Part shown: one piece after another, positions 58,690 through 64,000 of the stretch
Position numbering within the stretch: the first letter of the stretch is position 1
Layout of the letters: every line of letters begins with the position of its first letter
Assembly: GCA_051294375.1 (NCBI GenBank)
Contig: CM119264.1
Span: 24,282,002-24,346,001, forward strand
Length of the DNA stretch: 64,000 bases
Direction of reading: 5' to 3'
From: Paraspadella gotoi
Lineage: Eukaryota; Animalia; Chaetognatha
Notes under the pieces: model-generated
Told to the model about the DNA's origin: nothing
Database searches by the model: none
What the model saw: only the letters and a program-made list of their open reading frames with translations
Made by a program: the position numbers and the translations under genes

Positions 58690-59402
58690 TTAAATTCCGA
58701 AGGAACACGTGCACTTTTTCTTCAGCTCTGGACGGAGATGCTCGGCGCAGCGACCGCAGCCCCAACAGCTCCGCTCCTCCAGCCGCTGGATATCGTCGAA
58801 GGGCGCCACCATCTCCAAGCCCTTGACCCGGCGGACCAGCCCCGCGAAGGTGACCGCTCGAGGCTCAACAACGACAACAACCTCCCACATTTCCTTGTCG
58901 CCTTGGATCGTCTTGTCGATCTCCTGGAGGAGGAGGAGGAGAAGGAGGAGGAGGAGGAGGAGGAAGAAGAAAAAGATTAAGGGGAGGAGGATCTTCGTCA
59001 ATAATTTTGTTGGCATTATTCGTTAAATATTTGTTACATAAATTATGTATATTACGTAAATGAAAAAATAATTATTAAATTGCAGCATTTAACAATGAAG
59101 AAAAGTAAAACGAAACAACACAATTGTCTTTCATTTTGCATATGTAACTCTCACAGAAACCAGAGGGCGTTTTTTTTCCTTTTGTGTCGCGTTTCAATTA
59201 ACTCGATGTTCTTTTTTTTTCGTTTTCAAAGTTTCATTATGCAAATTATTTCGAGGGTTTTTATTCCGGTTTTGTTTTGTTTGACTGCATTTTTAAAAGT
59301 TGTTTTACTTTTATCGTCCTCTGGCAGCATTTACCTCTGTTTTGGACGCGTTTGTGAAAAATCGTAAAGAAAATGAGAAATTTAGAAAAAGAAAAAGAGC
59401 GC

Positions 59403-59436
<34 letters not shown>

Positions 59437-59438
59437 GA

Positions 59439-59479
<41 letters not shown>

Positions 59480-59523
59480 GAGAGAGAGAGAGAGAGAGAG
59501 AAGGAGGAGAAGAGAGAAGACAG

Positions 59524-59559
<36 letters not shown>

Positions 59560-61081
59560 TGGCACATCCGTCATCTCCCACTTTTTACCCGAACTTCGTA
59601 GAGACGATACTCGCTGCAGACGTTGGCGAAAGGACGGAGTCCTCGATTGAGCGCCTCGACGACAACTTGGGCCACGCCTACCGCTTCGTCGGAGCGCGCG
59701 TCGATCCGTCGCTTCGTCCGACATCCGCAGAATTTGTCGGGGATCCACGCCGAGTCGCAGGTGCGATTAGAGGTAATCTCCGTCATGAGAGAGTAAACAC
59801 CGGCACCGCCGTCTTCTCGCCACGGCGTCGACGCCGTCTGCAGGTGCAGCAGGTGCCGCAGGGTGGCGTGTACGTCGAACGGCGTCGTGAGTCGTCGAGA
59901 GTTGATCCGCGCCGCGTCGACAAGTTGCGGAAAGCGGCGTCGAAACCAGGAGGGGAAGAGGAGGAGGAAGAGGGGATGGCGTTGCTCGTAGCGGCCGAGG
60001 CGAGATTTGATGACAGACCCGAATCTTTTTGAGTTTAGGGGGTGGAAGGGGGTGGAAGGGGGGTGGAAGGGGTTCGAAGAGAAAATGAAAGGGGGAGGTG
60101 GAGGCGGTGCCAGTGTCTCACGAATGAGACATCTTTTATTCTCATAATTTCAAAAATGACAAGTTGGTAACCTCGATACGTGTCTCACTTACAATCCTGC
60201 AAAGAACCATCAGGGAGACAAGTCAAATACGTCCAATGGTTGGAGAGTGAGTACGGAGAGACCGAAGCCCCTTGACTTCGCACCAAGGCTGCCACTGGCA
60301 GTCTCACTCGTCACTATCGAATTCTCTCATTCGAATTGACTCTTCAATTAATCCAACCTCGGACCGTGGTCGCTGATGAGCAGAACCACGGAGCGATTCA
60401 GCTCTCCTTGATCCTCCAAGCGGCGGAATAGCCTCTCCATCGGTTCGTCGCCCAACGAAAGGAGTTCTTGGTCGTCGTGCGACCAGTTGATCATGAAGAG
60501 GGCGCTGGAGATTAATTAAATCAATTGGCCTATCAGTAAATTCAATCAAACCGAAGACTTTATATCGATCAAAATTAATCTCTAAATTAAACTAATCAAT
60601 AGATAAAATTAATCACTTGATGGATGAATTAAAAAAAAACATTTCTTATTCTTTCTAAATCGACGTTATTATTTTCCTTCGTTGCCTGAATAGAGAATCC
60701 TCCTTCAGACGGTGCGTGTCGACGATCCTCTCGAAAAGATCGATGAGAGCGAGACTCGACATCTTCCCCTCGAGGCACCACTTGACACCCGAATACTTTT
60801 GCCGCAAGAGGGCCGTCCAGTCGTAGTCGGCCGCGGAGAAATCAAAGCTGTCCTTTGAGCAAAGGGCCCAGTCGTCGACCAGGAGAGTCCAGAATCCGTG
60901 ACGGGTCGCCATTTCGCGCCAAACGCTCTGATTTTTCAGAAATCGGCCATTAAACCTCAGGACTGCGAACCTGGAAACCTGCTTAATCCGCTCGCCCTAA
61001 AGCTGCCAGGCTACTAAGTTTTTAAAAGGTATCGCCATGAACATTTTTTGGGGTCTTTTCTCTCTCTCTCTCTCTCTCTCT

Positions 61082-61132
<51 letters not shown>

Positions 61133-62774
61133 CTTCTCTCTCTCTCTCTCATCTCTCTCTCTTACTCTCTCTCATTCACATTTTAACCTTACCCGGACCA
61201 TCTTGCGGTCCGCCCCGCTCCGATGAAACTTTCCCGTCAACATCGGGAAGACGTTCCTCAGCGAGCAGCACCCGACTTTAGTGAAGCCAAGAAACTCCAC
61301 TGCTTCGCGATCCTCGAGGAATTTCCTCGTCGCCGGAAGAAAACGGATCGAGTTGAGACGAGAGGTTCCGTCGATAAGAAGGAAATGGACGTTGAAGGGC
61401 GGCGACGGCGGATCGGATTCGCCGGCGCTCTCTCGTTCGCGGCGCCGCGTTGCTTTTATTGCGGACTTGAGCGATGGAGAATAGGAGAATAGGAGAATAG
61501 GAATATTCTTTGTCTATATTCATAATTTGTAATATAATATTATCATGTATTTTAACTTGTTTCTTTTTTTAAACTTTGAGCGTCTAATACCTTCTCTTCC
61601 GCCTTAACCGGATCTCTGTAGCGAAGCCAAAGGAGCGAGGTCAACTTAGAGGAGTTTTTCCCACCGCTCCACCACCCGCTCCAGAAACCGGTGTGGTTTC
61701 GATGACACTCGACGACGACGAAGGTAGAATTGACGGTGACCTCGATAGCGAAGGAGCAGAAGCGGGTTGACGGAATGATGATGGAGATATGACGGAGAGA
61801 TGACAGAGAAACGATAGAAGGATGATGGAGATATGACGGAGAGATGACAAAGAAACGATAGAAAGATGATGGAGATATGACGGAAAGATGACAAAGAAAC
61901 GATAGAAAGATGATGGAGATATGACGGAAAGATGACAAAGAAATGATAGAAAAATGATGGAGAGATGACCGAGGGATGACAGAGAAACGGTAGAAAGATG
62001 ATGGAGATATGACGGAGAGATGACAGAGAAACGATAGAAAGACGATGGAGATATGACGGAGAGATGACAGAGAAACGATAGAAAGATGATGGAGATATGA
62101 CGGAAAGATGACAAAGAAACGATAGAAAAATGATGAAGAGATGACCGAGGGATGACAGAGAAACGATAGAAAGATGATGGAGATATGACTGAGGGATGAC
62201 AGCAAAACGATAGAAAAATCTTTAAGAATTGAAGATGGATGGAAATCAAGAACTAAAAGATCAAACGAAAGACTAGAGTTGGCTTGGAAAGAAAAACTCG
62301 GGATCTTTACCCTTTTTTAGTTTCTGTAAGAATGTGCCACTCCAATCCAAATAGAACTTAATTCAAATTCAACAGCTCAGTGCAAAAAGTGTAAAAGTCA
62401 AAACCGTGAGAGCATCGGTTGAATGAAAGAGAAGAAAATGAAAAAAAATAAAAGAATGATGCGCGCAAGAGACGACGCACCTCGTCTTCAACGTCGAACG
62501 CGATCGGTACGGACACGTTCTGCCCTCTGACGGTGGAATAGACGCAACCGCTCAGCCCGAGCCTCCTCGCTTCCTCGGCGTCGGCGATGAACGAGTTTCC
62601 TCGCGTCCGAAAGAGGCGCCCTTCCGAAGCGTCGCACGTCGGGACGAGCCGCTTGAGGTCGCGAAAGTCGCGGAGGGACGGATCGAAAGGGTCTTCGTCG
62701 GGGATGTGACAAAGTGGGTGTGGGACGAGGAATTTGGGTTCTGGGGAGGGGGTGGTGTGTGAGAGGAGAGAGAG

Positions 62775-62855
<81 letters not shown>

Positions 62856-63864
62856 CGCATGCAGTGACAACATGAATGAAATAGTGTTTGACAATGTAGA
62901 AAAATAACATCAACGAGAAACAGTTTTTAAAAAAGGACAAAGCATGGCAAAGTTGAAAAAATGAAAGAGGGTCCATAAATAACAAAGAGTGACAAAGATT
63001 TCACAATGGGAAAAAAAATGAAAATGACGAAAATACCTAGCGACGGAAAATGAGGTCGTAAAGAGTCGAGAGGTGAAGTTAAAAACGATGAATTTAAACG
63101 ATCATTCACCAGAAAGTGATGAATGACTGATGAATGAGTGCTATGAATGGAAACGAGGCTCGGAAGCGAGTGAGAGACTCGGTAGTGATGAATGGAAATG
63201 CGATTGAGAGATGAGATGAGATGAGATGAGATGAGATGATCGCAGATGAGACGAAATCGATCGTGAGAAACTCATCGAGGTGATCATCACGTGACGAATT
63301 CACGGTGGGCGTGACGTCGACGTTTCACGCGCGTCGAAACCTTCGCGATTTCGTATTCATCTTCGTTGTGATCGATAGATTCACTTTCATGACTTTTTTT
63401 TCCTTTTAATTTTTTCTTTTTTTTCTTTTCTTTTTCTTTTTTTCTTTCTTGTCTTTATATTTTTATTCTCTTTTCATTCATTTTTTCATCTTTTTTACTT
63501 TTTTTTTTCGACAATTCAATTCAATTTCAAATTTTTAATCGCATTTTAAAATAGTTATGACTTATAAAATAATTCATTTCTTCCCATATATTTTACATAT
63601 TCGCACTTTTCTCAAGTAATCGTTCTCACCTTTATTGAGTAAAATAAATCTTCTCAGCGGATTCGATCCAACTTTCCCGGTGAAGACGTAAAAGTAGAGA
63701 ATGAGAGGAAGAAGAGAAAGAGCGATGACGATCTCGATTCTCTTGCCGACTCCATTGACGACCAAATTGACGACCCAATGGCTAAGACGGCTCTTCGCAA
63801 AGCCGCCGACCTGATTGCCGACCCTCTTGCAGGTTCGTTTAACGACGTGAAGCGGGCGAGGCAT
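58690..63864 (-). CDS. DUF229-family (alkaline phosphatase superfamily) type II membrane protein, ~675-694 aa
   Basis: Exons 63864-63630, (63360-63304 optional), 62740-62481, 61740-61591, 61465-61193, 60978-60686, 60504-60358, 60024-59589, 58923-58690. N-terminal TM IEIVIALSLLPLILYFYVF. Motifs CHIPDEDPFDP, NVHFLLIDGTSRLNSIRFLPAT, FLGFTKVG..S..N..PMLTG, WSHDD, LISDHGPRFG, GRYEQRHP, RLTTPFDVHATLRHLL, SLMTEITSNRTCDSAWIPDKFCGC, LKKKCTC. Confidence 0.9.
61770..62215. repeat. ~42-bp purine-rich minisatellite x~10 in a DUF229 intron
   Basis: GATAGAAAGATGATGGAGATATGACGGAGAGATGACAGAGAAAC variants. Confidence 0.9.
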
Positions 63865-64000
63865 TTTTTATTTTTTAACTAATTTTTAACTAATTTTTAA
63901 TTAATTTTTCTTATGCTTTTAATTTCTAAATTGCTAATGCTATTGTTATTGCTATCTTTACAATAACCCTTATGTAACTAACCCTAAGTCACTACTACAT

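Noticed and set aside
61250-61275. CCSLR as a sulfatase formylglycine motif (CxPxR)
   Set aside because: It lacks the Pro/Ala, and by spacing to LTG the Ser, not a Cys, occupies the nucleophile position.

Overview
This is intron-rich eukaryotic DNA, most likely an invertebrate animal, with AT-rich microsatellite-laden introns and CpG-rich exons. Most short ORFs in the supplied track are microsatellite artefacts, so I rebuilt genes by hand from splice sites and reading-frame phase. Four genes are supported. (1) A complete 12-exon alkaline phosphatase on + (2211-9760, 551 aa). (2) A large minus-strand gene (15075 to at least 31893, possibly ~33870) encoding a predicted GPI-anchored protein. It joins 4-5 GDNF-receptor-alpha (GFRa/GAS1-type) cysteine-rich domains to what looks like the FnI/VWC-like module and C-terminal stalk of RECK, without RECK's Kazal domains; this is the standout finding. 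(3) A FYB/ADAP-like adaptor on + (51027-54060) with ~10 acidic YD motifs and a helically extended SH3 domain, plus a frameshifted second copy at 39034-42066. (4) A DUF229 alkaline-phosphatase-superfamily type II membrane protein on - (58690-63864). Three of ~35 introns only stay in frame with GC-AG splicing. A ~9.5 kb near-tandem duplication with 25-N gaps and scattered 1-nt indels is probably an assembly artefact. TA-flanked MITEs, a GTCC-repeat DINE/HINE-like element and many tandem repeats are also present. All family assignments rest on recalled motifs, not database searches.
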